Source: an uncultured Candidatus Saccharibacteria bacterium (lineage in GTDB: Bacteria > Patescibacteriota > Saccharimonadia > CAILAD01 > GCA-016700035). Taken from it: a DNA stretch of 64,000 nt. Each line of letters opens with the position of its first letter. The first letter of the stretch is position 1. The stretch covers positions 263 through 64,262 of the forward strand of contig CAZHSY010000005.1 of NCBI GenBank assembly GCA_964535385.1, given 5' to 3'. The notes beneath the pieces were generated by a model. It had not been told where the DNA came from. It was given only the letters and a program-made list of their open reading frames with translations, and searched no databases. This document shows positions 29,856 to 39,188 of the stretch, piece by piece. The position numbers were made by a program, and so were the translations under genes.

Positions 29856-30729
29856 GTTCGCTCCTTATCTTGCCACGTAATGTTCTTAGGTCGGCAAGCG
29901 CCACCTTGACTTGCTCTTCCTTTGGCGGGTCACCCGGCACATCTTTTAGACCCGGCGGCATACCATGCCAAATCGGCTCACCTTCCATATACTCGACTCC
30001 TTTGCCGGGAATAGTATGGGCAATAATAATTGTAGGACGTTCAAAGATAGCCTTAGCCTGGTTGCAGGCGCCAACAATTTCCTCAATGTTATGGCCATCG
30101 ACTTCGATAACATGCCAGCCAAAGGCCTGCCACTTCATGGCGAGAGGCTCGAGTGGCATAACTGCCTCAGTTAAACCATCAATCTGAATATTATTACGAT
30201 CAATGATGCCGGTTAGGTTTGAGAGTTTATTTTTGCCGATAAACATAGCGGCCTCCCATATGTTTCCTTCATTCAGTTCGCCATCGCCCATCACCACATA
30301 GACGTGGTTCTTCTTACCATCCATCCTGAGCGCCGTCGCAATACCAGCTGCCTGGCTTAAGCCCTCGCCGAGTGGACCGGACGTCGTCTCCATGCCAGGT
30401 AATCTAGTTCTCTCTGGATGACCCTGTAAGCGCGAGCCAAAGTGACGAAGCGTTTTGAGTTCTTCTTTGGGGAAATAACCGGCTTCAGCCATGGTTGCAT
30501 ATCTAACCGGTACGATGTGGCCATTGCTTAAGATGAGCTTGTCACGTTCCTCCCAATCAGGATTCTTTGGGTCGTGCTTCATGACTTCAAAGTAAAGCGC
30601 GGTAAATACATCGGCCATACCCAACGGTCCCGCCGAATGCCCGGAACCCGCTGCTTCGACCAGCATTTTGATGATATCTTGCCGAATGGTGTTGGCCCTG
30701 AGCTCAAGGTCTTTGACACTATGCTTCAC
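29848..30729 (-). CDS. tktA: Transketolase, N-terminal section (TPP-binding)
   Basis: 293 aa. GHSAGPLGMADVFTALYF and GDGELNEGNIWEA are the TPP-binding motifs. Confidence 0.9.
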   Translation of the reverse strand: MKHSVKDLELRANTIRQDIIKMLVEAAGSGHSAGPLGMADVFTALYFEVMKHDPKNPDWEERDKLILSNGHIVPVRYATMAEAGYFPKEELKTLRHFGSRLQGHPERTRLPGMETTSGPLGEGLSQAAGIATALRMDGKKNHVYVVMGDGELNEGNIWEAAMFIGKNKLSNLTGIIDRNNIQIDGLTEAVMPLEPLAMKWQAFGWHVIEVDGHNIEEIVGACNQAKAIFERPTIIIAHTIPGKGVEYMEGEPIWHGMPPGLKDVPGDPPKEEQVKVALADLRTLRGKIRSEHE

Positions 30730-31358
30730 GGATTGAGGGCTCCGATCAGCTCGTGATAACGCGTTAAGACCGAATCAGCACTAAAGAGATAGCTATTCGT
30801 ACAGACAAAATCAAATTTGGCCTTAGCGATCTTATTCAGGGTGGCTTCCTCGACGCCACCATCCAGGCCAACTTCGAGATTACCATCCAGCTCTCGCACC
30901 TCGGCGACTCGCTTGAGTACACTTGGCTGGAGTTTCTGCCCGGCGAAGCCAGCTGGGTAGGCCATGAGCAGCACAGTTGAGAGCTTCTCAAGATTATCAT
31001 TGACGACACTCAGGTCAGTGCCGGGGTTAATAGCAATGCCAGCCCGGATACCACCAGCTGTAATCTTAGCGATCGCCTCGCTCACACCCTGCTCAGCCTC
31101 AGCCTGCACAATCACCGTGTAGGGCCGCAAGCGAATCGCCTGAGAGATATACTCCAGGGGCCGCTGCACCATTAAATGAATATCGACCTTCAAACTATCT
31201 GGCGGATCAATCTCCTGGGGCTGAATTGTACGATTATCGACAAATCTGCCGTCAATCACATCGAGCTGGAAGCGGCCGGTCAGCTGTCGAACTTGGGCTA
31301 CCTTCCGTCGGTACTCGCCAGCAGTCGTTTCTAAAATAGCTGGTACTATCTTGGTCAT
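30726..31358 (-). CDS. rpe: Ribulose-phosphate 3-epimerase
   Basis: 210 aa. IVPAIL...DVIDGRFVDN...HLMV are the RPE motifs. 4-nt overlap with tktA. Confidence 0.88.
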   Translation of the reverse strand: MTKIVPAILETTAGEYRRKVAQVRQLTGRFQLDVIDGRFVDNRTIQPQEIDPPDSLKVDIHLMVQRPLEYISQAIRLRPYTVIVQAEAEQGVSEAIAKITAGGIRAGIAINPGTDLSVVNDNLEKLSTVLLMAYPAGFAGQKLQPSVLKRVAEVRELDGNLEVGLDGGVEEATLNKIAKAKFDFVCTNSYLFSADSVLTRYHELIGALNP

Positions 31359-31819
31359 TAACCCTCCTCTAGTCGAGCGATTTGCTCAATCCGCCGCTTG
31401 TGTCGCGCTTCACCCGAGAAAGGCGTGCTTAAGAAGCGACGCGTGATTTTGATGAGGTCGGCCTCTGATTCAAACCGAGCTGGTAAAGCTAGGATATTGG
31501 CGTCATTATCTTGGCGGGTTTCTTCGGCCACTACCTCGTCCCAGACAACGGCTGCGCGAATGCCGTCAATCTTATTAGCCGCTATCGCCATGCCCTCCCC
31601 CGAGCCGCAGACCAGTACACCGAGGCTACCGGAGTCTGTGACGACTTTAATTGCGGTCTGTCTGGCGTGAGGAGTGAAGTCGTCACTCGGATCAAGCCGG
31701 TCTGGCCCAAGATCCACAATCCTGAATTCACCCTCCAGTTCATTCACGATTTTCCTCTTAGCTGTCAGCCCGGCGTGATCGGCTGCAATATAGACAGTGT
31801 GTGGTTTGAAGTCTGCCAT
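31358..31819 (-). CDS. rpiB: Ribose-5-phosphate isomerase B (RpiB/LacAB family)
   Basis: 153 aa. VYIAADHAGL...VLVCGSGEGMAIAANK. Confidence 0.88.
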   Translation of the reverse strand: MADFKPHTVYIAADHAGLTAKRKIVNELEGEFRIVDLGPDRLDPSDDFTPHARQTAIKVVTDSGSLGVLVCGSGEGMAIAANKIDGIRAAVVWDEVVAEETRQDNDANILALPARFESEADLIKITRRFLSTPFSGEARHKRRIEQIARLEEG

Positions 31820-31860
31820 GCCTGTATCTAGTATATAGGAGTTGGCAGTTAGGGGCTAGA

Positions 31861-32325
31861 TTAGCCCACGCCTCGCCACCGAAAACACTGCTGAGATTTC
31901 GGTGAACCATGGAGTTTGAGCAAAGCTTGATAGGTTCCAAAATTGCGAAGGCTAAGGCGCTGATCGATCTGCTTACGCATGTGCGCGTTGAGCCGCCGAA
32001 GATATGGCCAAAAATCAACGCCCAGGTAGCTTATGCCACGACGAGTACGATCAATGTGATCAAGTCGTGGATTAATCGTCAGCTTGAGCTCAGCCTGCAA
32101 GAAATAACTAGCTAATCTGCGCGTGGGATCAAGGGCTTGACCACGAGTGTGAAAACTCAACCAATCATCACCGTAGCGCATATAGGCCGCTGGTTTGAGC
32201 TGATGCACCATAAAACGATCGAACTCATGCAAGTAAATATTGACGAATATTTGGCTGGTTAAGCTACCAATCGGAATAGCCATCGACTGTTTGGCTTTTG
32301 ATACTATCCGGCTTTCGCGCCTCAC
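31861..32325 (-). pseudogene. Reverse transcriptase, C-terminal fragment (motifs 4-7 only) with a diversity-generating-retroelement (DGR) type signature
   Basis: 154-aa ORF with a GTG start. It contains AIPIGSLTSQIFVNIYLHEFDRF (DGR RTs carry IGxxxSQ where group II intron RTs carry SP) and YMRYGDDWLSF (the YxDD catalytic box). Fingers motifs 1-3 are absent. All three upstream frames are closed by stops within 270 nt. Confidence 0.6.
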
Positions 32326-32600
32326 GCATGAGGTGGAAATATCATTTCTTTCAGCACTCTTGTAATAGCACTCATATCAAAAACGTGGGGTGAAGGGGTT
32401 CTAAACGGATAGACATTTCCAAGAGAAACTGCGTGGAATGCGTACACAGTCCACGTTCACCAAGGAAACTTGCTTTATAGCCTATCAATCGTCGTGCATT
32501 TGGGGCACCGTGCGATTGACCGTTGCAATCGTAGGGCTACGTACCCCAATCGTTGGTTGTAAAAGGATCTAAAGAAAAATGAAGGAGCAAAGACTAAGGC

Positions 32601-33140
32601 CTACCCCACCACCAGCCGTGCCTGGTAGTCATCCTCGACAAACGACCCGCCCAAGTTCGGCTCGCCACCGAAGTACACGTAGGAATCCGGAACCTCGGAA
32701 TAGCCATCGACTGCTTGAGGCTCCAAATCAAAATGACGAATGTAGGTACGGTCGAAAGCACCACTATCAGACAGTTCGTCGCCGCCAGCTCGCAATGCAT
32801 ACCAATAGGTCACTGCATCGAGTGCCGACGGTACCCGGAGATGAAGCTCTGGCTGATCAGTTTGCAGGCGAGCCAAGGTTTGTCGCTGCTCACGGGCCGT
32901 TTGATAGCCCAAGACTCGAGACTGGCATGAAGGTATTAGGCTAAAACGGACGGGTATACCTGTAGCCGATCCTGATAATTCCTGGCCACTGTAGTGCCCG
33001 GGCTTATACAGCTCCTCATAGATACGCGTGGGGTATGGTTGGGTCAGCCCAAAGTTCTCCGCCAGACTGACCACGGCCTCTGGGCTGGTCTCGACTTCGG
33101 GAGTTGCCACGACCCGGAAGCTCGCACCATCCGATAGCAT
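32601..33140 (-). CDS. Hypothetical acidic protein, 179 aa, immediately upstream of the RT fragment
   Basis: Intact ORF. The C-terminal tail YFGGEPNLGGSFVEDDYQARLVVG loosely resembles the end of C-type-lectin-fold DGR variable regions (GGSW...GFRxV). Confidence 0.4.
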   Translation of the reverse strand: MLSDGASFRVVATPEVETSPEAVVSLAENFGLTQPYPTRIYEELYKPGHYSGQELSGSATGIPVRFSLIPSCQSRVLGYQTAREQRQTLARLQTDQPELHLRVPSALDAVTYWYALRAGGDELSDSGAFDRTYIRHFDLEPQAVDGYSEVPDSYVYFGGEPNLGGSFVEDDYQARLVVG

Positions 33141-33204
33141 AGTTTTCGCAACATATTCATAGACGCCTCGGGTCAGCCATTCCTGATGCTTTTGTTCGTA
33201 AAAT

Positions 33205-33250
33205 GTCGCTAGCCAAGGCCTGGCCTGACATGAAAAACCAATACCCGACT
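33205..33250. repeat. Partial copy of the dispersed repeat (5' module aggcctggcctgacatgaaaaaccaatacccg)
   Basis: Same module as 34391-34425. Flanks gap on the downstream side. Confidence 0.5.
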
Positions 33251-34268
33251 ACTTCTTGAGTTTTCTGCCGATCAGGGACACCAACTCAACCAGCCGGTTT
33301 GAGTACCCCCACTCGTTGTCGTACCAGGCAACGACTTTCACCATGTTACCACCGACGACATTGGTAAGTTTGGTGTCGACAACCCCGCTGTGGGGATCAC
33401 CAATGAAGTCACTCGAGACGAGTTCTTCCTCGGTGTAGGTTAAGACACCACGGAAACGCTCTTGGCGTGAAGCTTTTTTAATGACCGCGTTAACTTCTTC
33501 GATTGTAGTGTTTTTCTTGGTCAAAAACGTAAAATCAGACATCGAAACAACCGGGGTCGGGACTCGTACCGACAGTCCCTGGAAAACGCCCTCAAGAGCC
33601 GGCAAGGCTTTAGCAGCTGCGAGCGTCGCACCCGTACTGGTCGGCACAATATTCTCAGCGGCATTACGACCTTCACGCAGATCTTTGGCTGGAGCATCCT
33701 GCAAGACCTGGCTGGCAGTATAACTATGGATGGTCGTCATCATAGCCTTCTCGATACCAAACTCACGCTCGATAATGGCTGCAACCGGCGTAATGTTATT
33801 GGTCGTACAACTAGCATTTGAGAAGACATTAGTCTTAGCCACATCGATGTCTTGCTCATTCACACTTATGACGTTGGTCGACACACTCGTATCGTCGCCC
33901 TTGGCCGGAGCTGAGATCACGACCTTTTTGGCGCCGGCCTTAATGTGGAGACTGGCATCCTCCCCCTTTACAAAGCGACCAGTGGACTCAATGACAACAT
34001 CGATATTCATGTGCTTCCATGGAAGGAGCGCCGGATCCTTCTCGGCGGTAACGGCAATCTTAATGCCATCGACTATAATGTGCTTCTCGTCATATTCGAC
34101 TTTCTTATGATACAGGCCGTAATTACTATCGTGCTTAAGTAGATGAGCCAGGGTCTTGGTGTCGGTTAGGTCATTAATAGCAATTATTTTGGTGTCAGGA
34201 CGGGCAAAGGCAATCTTAAAAGCATTGCGGCCAATGCGGCCAAACCCGTTAATAGCGACGCGAGTCAT
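33249..34268 (-). CDS. gap: Glyceraldehyde-3-phosphate dehydrogenase (type I)
   Basis: 339 aa. N-terminus VAINGFGRIGRNAF, catalytic ASCTTN, and C-terminus WYDNEWGYSNR. Confidence 0.95.
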   Translation of the reverse strand: MTRVAINGFGRIGRNAFKIAFARPDTKIIAINDLTDTKTLAHLLKHDSNYGLYHKKVEYDEKHIIVDGIKIAVTAEKDPALLPWKHMNIDVVIESTGRFVKGEDASLHIKAGAKKVVISAPAKGDDTSVSTNVISVNEQDIDVAKTNVFSNASCTTNNITPVAAIIEREFGIEKAMMTTIHSYTASQVLQDAPAKDLREGRNAAENIVPTSTGATLAAAKALPALEGVFQGLSVRVPTPVVSMSDFTFLTKKNTTIEEVNAVIKKASRQERFRGVLTYTEEELVSSDFIGDPHSGVVDTKLTNVVGGNMVKVVAWYDNEWGYSNRLVELVSLIGRKLKK

Positions 34269-34364
34269 AGAGTATGAATCCTTTGTTTAGTTAAAGCGCT
34301 TATGCTCACTATTGTACGGGGTTCATACATGAATGTCATGTTTTGTTAGGGGCTAGGATGTGGC

Positions 34365-34560
34365 AATCACGCTGCAGGCCAGGCCTTGGCTCGCCAGGGC
34401 CTGGCCTGACACGAAAACCAATGCCCACCCCCTCTCAGGTAAGTACCCGGTCGTCTTGGGTGATACTAGTCGGTATTTCTTCTCCTAGGAACGGAGTAAA
34501 CTGTACAGATAAGCACATCGTCGAGTACCGCAGAGAAAAATGCCGGTTAGCTCGTACTAA
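34365..34560. repeat. Dispersed intergenic repeat, copy D (core in plus orientation)
   Basis: ggcctggcctgacacgaaaaccaatgcccacc...gtaagtacccggtcgtcttgggtgatactagtcggtatttcttctcctagg...ccgcagagaaaaatg. Collinear with copy C. Confidence 0.6.
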
Positions 34561-34913
34561 GACGGGTGGCTCTCTTTACCCCTCATATCACTATGCGGCT
34601 GACAGACCCCATCTTTACAATCCTCGCCTTGCATAAAAGCTCGTAGTATCGCCTCTTCCTGAACGCCACATAGTGCCTGGTGAGTTTGCGTATTCACAAA
34701 GGCCGGCACACCAGCATAACCACCGCAAGCTTCACCGATGATGTCGCTGTATTGAGCCATGATTTTCTCATTTTCAGGGTTCTGCCAGACTTCAAGCTTC
34801 GTAATCTCTACCTCGAGCTCGTCTTCTAGCTGCTGAATGATCGGTCGCATACTAACGCAATGCGGGCAGGTCTCACCATAGAACTCAATAATATGTTCAA
34901 GCTTCTTCTTCAT
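34557..34913 (-). CDS. Thioredoxin/glutaredoxin-fold protein (CPHC active site)
   Basis: Start placed at the internal Met (MKKKLEHIIEFYGETCPHCVSM). Last gene of the DsbA-VKOR operon. Confidence 0.65.
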   Translation of the reverse strand: MKKKLEHIIEFYGETCPHCVSMRPIIQQLEDELEVEITKLEVWQNPENEKIMAQYSDIIGEACGGYAGVPAFVNTQTHQALCGVQEEAILRAFMQGEDCKDGVCQPHSDMRGKESHPS

Positions 34914-35382
34914 CGCTCGCCTCCTCCTTATTGTCGTGATTAACTGAACGTGATTGCAGATAGGCCACAATCGCTAATATAAAAATCAACGTCGATGACA
35001 AGCCAGACAAAAGACAGTACTGACACCAAGCGTGGATTACAAATGCCTGCAAGAAAGTCAGGAAGACCGAGCTAGCAAAGCCAAGACTCGCCCAGACCAG
35101 CAATGGCAGGCGTGGCAAACGAGTCTGGTTTGTAACGGCGAAAATAACCGCAAAGAGAATTACCCCATAAAAGATAATACCTAGAGCTGAAGTCGGAATC
35201 GGTCCAATGCTGGCCCATCGGCTGGTCAGAACCGTCTCACAGCCCTGCGTGAACGTGCACGGCAAGGTCAGTGCTTTGTAGTGCTCAATAGTCAGTAGTA
35301 TAGAGTCAGCCACCCCGCCAAGAGCGATCAGGCCAACAAGCGCCTCAATCCACTCTGGCCTAGCCTGATCTCGGGCCTGCAA
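34897..35382 (-). CDS. Vitamin K epoxide reductase (VKOR) family membrane protein
   Basis: 161 aa, 4-5 TM helices. Loop cysteine pair (PCTFTQGC) and TM CxxC (AWCQYC). Confidence 0.78.
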   Translation of the reverse strand: MQARDQARPEWIEALVGLIALGGVADSILLTIEHYKALTLPCTFTQGCETVLTSRWASIGPIPTSALGIIFYGVILFAVIFAVTNQTRLPRLPLLVWASLGFASSVFLTFLQAFVIHAWCQYCLLSGLSSTLIFILAIVAYLQSRSVNHDNKEEASDEEEA

Positions 35383-35385
35383 AAT

Positions 35386-36072
35386 CTACTGTCCGTTTCC
35401 GTTTACGAGACTTTCGATCTTAGTCTTGAGGCCGGCCGGACCACCAGATGTCTGATAAGCTTCACCATTGATAAAGAATGACGGCGTGCCAGAGAGTTTA
35501 ATCTCCTTCCCAAACGCTAGATCACGATCGATGTTTGCCTTACCCGCCTGATTGTCATAGTCCTTCGTAAAGGTATCAACATTAAGATTCAGCTCTCGAG
35601 CATAGCCAACAAATTTATCTTTCGGGTCAGACAGGCTCACCCATTCATCCTGCTTCTCGTACAGGGCGTCATGCATTTCCCAGAATTTGCCTTGATTAGC
35701 AGCAGCCTCGGAAGCGTAGGCAGCGTTGCGTGCGTTCTTATGAGGCTGCGGGAAGAGTGGGAAATGCTTCCATACGAACAACATCTTATCTGAATACTTC
35801 TGGCGCAACTCCTCAATAGTAGATTCATACTGCTTACAGGCTGGACATTCAAAATCACCAAACTCCGTCAGTACAACAGTAGCCTGCCCATTGCCATACT
35901 TCTGTCCTTCTTTGAGTTGATCTTTTTGCTTCTGCGTCAAAGCTTGCGGGGTTGGCGAGGCTGTATCTTCTGGCTTGGAATCATTACCACTGCTCACGAG
36001 TGCGCGAATAGCAAAGAACAATATAACAACAATGATGACCGTAAAGATGACCGGCGCGAGATATTTTTTCAT
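35386..36072 (-). CDS. DsbA-like thiol:disulfide oxidoreductase (Thioredoxin_4) with N-terminal anchor
   Basis: 228 aa. EFGDFECPACKQYE (CPAC). N-terminal TM helix. Confidence 0.8.
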   Translation of the reverse strand: MKKYLAPVIFTVIIVVILFFAIRALVSSGNDSKPEDTASPTPQALTQKQKDQLKEGQKYGNGQATVVLTEFGDFECPACKQYESTIEELRQKYSDKMLFVWKHFPLFPQPHKNARNAAYASEAAANQGKFWEMHDALYEKQDEWVSLSDPKDKFVGYARELNLNVDTFTKDYDNQAGKANIDRDLAFGKEIKLSGTPSFFINGEAYQTSGGPAGLKTKIESLVNGNGQ

Positions 36073-36386
36073 ACGCCTGATTGTATCAAACCTGATAGCA
36101 TCAGGCCATTGTCTACCGACCTAATATCTAGATCTAGACTGCAAAAACAGCCAAACTAATTGCGGCCAATACTATAGCTACACCTGCAATGATGCATATA
36201 TCGATAAAACTTATCTGACTCTTAAAGAATTTCATACGTCCAATCTACTTATGCTTAAGTTACTGGAATTTCTCAATAAATTCAAATCTACACCTGAAAA
36301 ACTACGCCTAGTCAAACCATCACCAGCACTATAGATCGGCACAGACTAGACAGGGGGGTTTCTTTCTGGTAACGTAGACACTCGTT

Positions 36387-36560
36387 ATGGCAAAGAAACA
36401 AGCGCGCCAACTTATCGTTCTCAAGAACCCGGAAACGGGCAGTTTGTATTACACAAAAAAGAACCCGATTAACTCACCAGACAAGCTCACCATGAAGAAG
36501 TATGATCCGAAGCTTCGCAAGGTAGCAGAATTTACCGAAACTAAAATGAAGCTGGGCTAA
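36387..36560 (+). CDS. rpmG: 50S ribosomal protein L33 (cysteine-less form)
   Basis: My own translation: MAKKQARQLIVLKNPETGSLYYTKKNPINSPDKLTMKKYDPKLRKVAEFTETKMKLG (57 aa). Matches the L33 pattern ..YTT.KN.RN.P.KLELKKYDP.LRKH....E.K. Not in the ORF track because it is under 60 aa. Confidence 0.72.
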   Translation: MAKKQARQLIVLKNPETGSLYYTKKNPINSPDKLTMKKYDPKLRKVAEFTETKMKLG

Positions 36561-36591
36561 TCCTAGTCCACTTAAGAACTTCTCTCAAAGC

Positions 36592-36626
36592 AAATACCCA
36601 TCCGGCAGATGGGTATTTTTTATTTC
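36592..36626 (+). terminator. Rho-independent terminator after rpmG
   Basis: Hairpin ATACCCATC-cggca-GATGGGTAT followed by TTTTTTATTT. Confidence 0.65.
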
Positions 36627-36729
36627 ACAATGAAACTTATACTTGGTTTTCTAGCGTAAAACCAGTAAAATACCCGGTGGATTAGCGATTTCCAGCTTAT
36701 TCGTACTACGCACCTACACGGGAGAATAC

Positions 36730-37401
36730 ATGTCTGTGATTGTCACGATTGACGGAGGCGCCGGCACCGGCACCTCTAGCTTGGCGGCTGGCCTAGCTGA
36801 AAAACTCGGCTCCCCAGCCCTCAACAGCGGTCACCTCTACCGAGGCCTGACACTGTTGGCTCTGGATGAACTCCGCACTGCTGAGGCATTCCCTGGCCAT
36901 ACCGAGCGCATCATTGACCTCGCCCAGAGCATCAACTTTGGCTTCAAGGGTGGTTCGGTCATCGAGATCAACGGCCTGGGCGTCGAAGAGTCAGCTCTGC
37001 GATCGGTCAGCGAAGCTGTGCCGCATCTGGCTCACATCCCTGAGGTTCGCTTGGCTCTGAGGATTTGGCAGCACCGCTTCGCAGAAGATCATGAGTGCCT
37101 GGTGGCAGAGGGGCGCGACCTCGGAACGGTCGTCTTCCCAGATGCCACACGTAAGATCTTCCTGGTCTGCGACGATGAGGAACGCGCACGGCGTCGTTCC
37201 AATCAGGCCGGGCGACTCATCACTGTCGGGGAACTGCTCGAACGTGACCGCCTGGACAGCGAGCGCGATGACTCACCAATGCGACACGGTGGCGATGCCA
37301 TCATCTTCGACACCACCAAGACCAGCGTCCCAGCCCTGGTTAAGAACGTCATCAATTCCCTGCGAGGAGTCCCCGCTTTCGAACGGCTCTTCGCCGAGTA
37401 G
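36730..37401 (+). CDS. cmk: Cytidylate kinase
   Basis: IVTIDGGAGTGTSSLAAGLAEKLG...LNSGHLYR P-loop/NMP-binding. 223 aa. Confidence 0.88.
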   Translation: MSVIVTIDGGAGTGTSSLAAGLAEKLGSPALNSGHLYRGLTLLALDELRTAEAFPGHTERIIDLAQSINFGFKGGSVIEINGLGVEESALRSVSEAVPHLAHIPEVRLALRIWQHRFAEDHECLVAEGRDLGTVVFPDATRKIFLVCDDEERARRRSNQAGRLITVGELLERDRLDSERDDSPMRHGGDAIIFDTTKTSVPALVKNVINSLRGVPAFERLFAE

Positions 37402-37420
37402 TCGGTTCGCCGATTACCAA

Positions 37421-37452
37421 GGGGGTAACCATCCGGTTACCCCCTTTTTCTT
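37421..37452 (+). terminator. Rho-independent terminator after cmk
   Basis: GGGGGTAACC-atccg-GGTTACCCCC followed by TTTTTCTTTC. Confidence 0.65.
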
Positions 37453-37504
37453 TCATTTAGTCAAAACTAAACCTGTTTTTATTTTCATAGTCCAACCATT
37501 CCCA

Positions 37505-37625
37505 TCTGGTACCCGGTCATTATGAGTGAGCCAAAACTGACTTTCTCTGGTAGGAGCGCAGAGCCTCCAGGCCTGTACCCGATCACCCTGAGTGATGCTG
37601 GTGAGTATTTATCCTCGAGGAGTGC
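37505..37625. repeat. Dispersed repeat, copy E (two half-sites GTACCCGGTCATTATGAGTGAG ... GTACCCGATCACCCTGAGTGATGCTGG)
   Basis: Collinear with copy F at 39362-39450 and shares the family core with C and D. Confidence 0.6.
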
Positions 37626-37706
37626 AGCAAGGCGTATGTATAATTACGGTGTCGATCACCGGAGAGGGAAATGCTCACCAGCGCGCTCAAGAGCGAGCGG
37701 CCTTCT

Positions 37707-38510
37707 TCATATCTCTAAAGTAATACTGACGGGGCAATGATCCGAGCCCATAACCTCCGGGTGAATGTCTGCGGCGACCACCTTATCCTTCAGACTTTCG
37801 GAAACCAGCACATAATCAATCCGCCAGCCAACATTATTCGCGCGCGCGCCACCAAAGTGTGACCACCAGGTATAGTAACCGCTACCTTCTTTAAACATTC
37901 GCAGAGTATCTATGAAACCAGCATCAATAAAATTCTGAAAGCCTTGGCGTTCTTCTGCCGTGAAACCCTTTTTGCCAACATTCGGCTTGGGCCGGGCTAG
38001 ATCATCTTCGGTGTGAGCCACGTTCAAGTCCCCACAGAAGACCACCGGCTTGGTCTTCTCTAGAAGTTTACAGTACTCCAGAAAAACTGGATCCCAGTGT
38101 TTATGACGAAGCGGGATTCGAGACAAATCATCCTTGGCGTTTGGCGTGTAGACGGTTACCACCCAAAACTTCTCGAACTCCGCCGCCATAATTCGCCCTT
38201 CGCTAGCCGAGTCTCCATAAGCATCGGCTAAGGTGTACTTTTGTAATAACTCTTTAGGCAATCCATTGATAACCGATAGTGGCTTTAGCTTTGTAAAAAT
38301 CGCTGTCCCTGAGTAGCCTTTGCGTTCGGCTGAATTCCAGTACTCTTCATAGCCGAGCAGATCGACCTCGGCTTGGCCTTGTTGGGCCTTGGTCTCTTGT
38401 AGGCACCAAATATCGGGCTTCTCTGCATCAATAAATGGTTTTAAAGCATCCTTACGCACCACTGCGCGGATACCATTTACATTCCAGGAGTAAATTCGAG
38501 TTTTTGTCAT
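37707..38510 (-). CDS. xth: Exodeoxyribonuclease III / AP endonuclease
   Basis: Conserved start MTKTRIYSWNVNGIRA (the track ORF has a 16-aa upstream extension). ...LQETK..., C-terminal SDHCPV. Confidence 0.88.
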   Translation of the reverse strand: MTKTRIYSWNVNGIRAVVRKDALKPFIDAEKPDIWCLQETKAQQGQAEVDLLGYEEYWNSAERKGYSGTAIFTKLKPLSVINGLPKELLQKYTLADAYGDSASEGRIMAAEFEKFWVVTVYTPNAKDDLSRIPLRHKHWDPVFLEYCKLLEKTKPVVFCGDLNVAHTEDDLARPKPNVGKKGFTAEERQGFQNFIDAGFIDTLRMFKEGSGYYTWWSHFGGARANNVGWRIDYVLVSESLKDKVVAADIHPEVMGSDHCPVSITLEI

Positions 38511-38564
38511 AGCAGTAGTATAGCAAATGAAAGCCCCTCCGAGTTGCGGAGGGGCCAAATTACC

Positions 38565-38825
38565 CTATCGGGTAGGCGCTAGTCGGCGACGCCGCGCAAA
38601 AGCGAACTCATCGGTCAGCTGGGTATGGAAATCTTGACGCATCTTCCGTGCGATCAGCTCGATCAGGGGCCGAGCCGTAGCAGTCACCTCAAGACTACCC
38701 TCCAAGCCTCGCCTCACCTGGAAGCGTGGGTCACCCACTCCCCGAGCGCAAATCAGCCGGCGCAGATCGGCCGGTGACATGTCCTCGCCAAAATCACTGC
38801 GCCGTTCGACGATCAGAATATACAT
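38565..38825 (-). CDS. Hypothetical 86-aa protein
   Basis: Intact ORF only. No RBS or motif I recognise. Possibly a remnant. Confidence 0.25.
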   Translation of the reverse strand: MYILIVERRSDFGEDMSPADLRRLICARGVGDPRFQVRRGLEGSLEVTATARPLIELIARKMRQDFHTQLTDEFAFARRRRLAPTR

Positions 38826-38833
38826 GATACCTC

Positions 38834-39055
38834 CTAGTGAGCGATGAAGTTACGTATGATCAACGGTGGTTTATAGCTGATTGATTCGATGGGGCTCAGA
38901 GCACGCCCTGTCACCAAGCGTTCACTCCAGACCTCCAGCGATGTGCGCTCGGCTACGATATGAAAGCAAGTGAAATCCAGATCGAACGGTGTCTTACCAA
39001 GGCCAAAGCCTGTGACTCCAGGCCACGACCCACTTCGCCAAGCTTCATTGGCCAA
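38834..39055 (-). CDS. Hypothetical 73-aa protein
   Basis: Intact ORF only. 8 nt upstream of the 86-aa ORF. Confidence 0.25.
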   Translation of the reverse strand: MANEAWRSGSWPGVTGFGLGKTPFDLDFTCFHIVAERTSLEVWSERLVTGRALSPIESISYKPPLIIRNFIAH

Positions 39056-39149
39056 TCATAGACATTGCTGCTCCAGCCGGCTTGAGGCTTCGGTCTGCCG
39101 CTTAAGATAAATAGGTACTCCACGTACACTCCTCCTTGATTCTATCCGT

Positions 39150-39188
39150 AGAAACAAAAACGCCCGGAGGAATCCGGACGGTGGTTGG
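39150..39188 (-). terminator. Rho-independent terminator on the minus strand (CCGGAUUCCUCCGG hairpin + GCGUUUUUGUUUCU)
   Basis: Minus-strand reading ccgtCCGGAttccTCCGGgcgtttttgtttct. It terminates a transcript coming from the 39.2-39.8 kb region. Confidence 0.5.

Noticed and set aside
32326-32600. Possible N-terminal half of the RT or a DGR template repeat upstream of the RT fragment
   Set aside because: All three frames contain stops and no RT motifs 1-3. I could find no similarity by eye between this segment and the 3' end of the 179-aa gene. Hence I call the RT a fragment rather than an intact DGR.
31820-32600. Group II intron interpretation of the RT fragment
   Set aside because: Motif 4 reads SQ, not SP. 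No domain V/VI-like RNA structure (the GAGC...GUUC helix) or maturase X-domain is evident around the ORF.
39160-39185. SRP-RNA-like CCGGA-GGAA-UCCGG tetraloop hairpin
   Set aside because: It lacks the flanking AGG/AGCA asymmetric loops of SRP domain IV. On the minus strand it is followed by a U-tract, which fits a simple terminator better.
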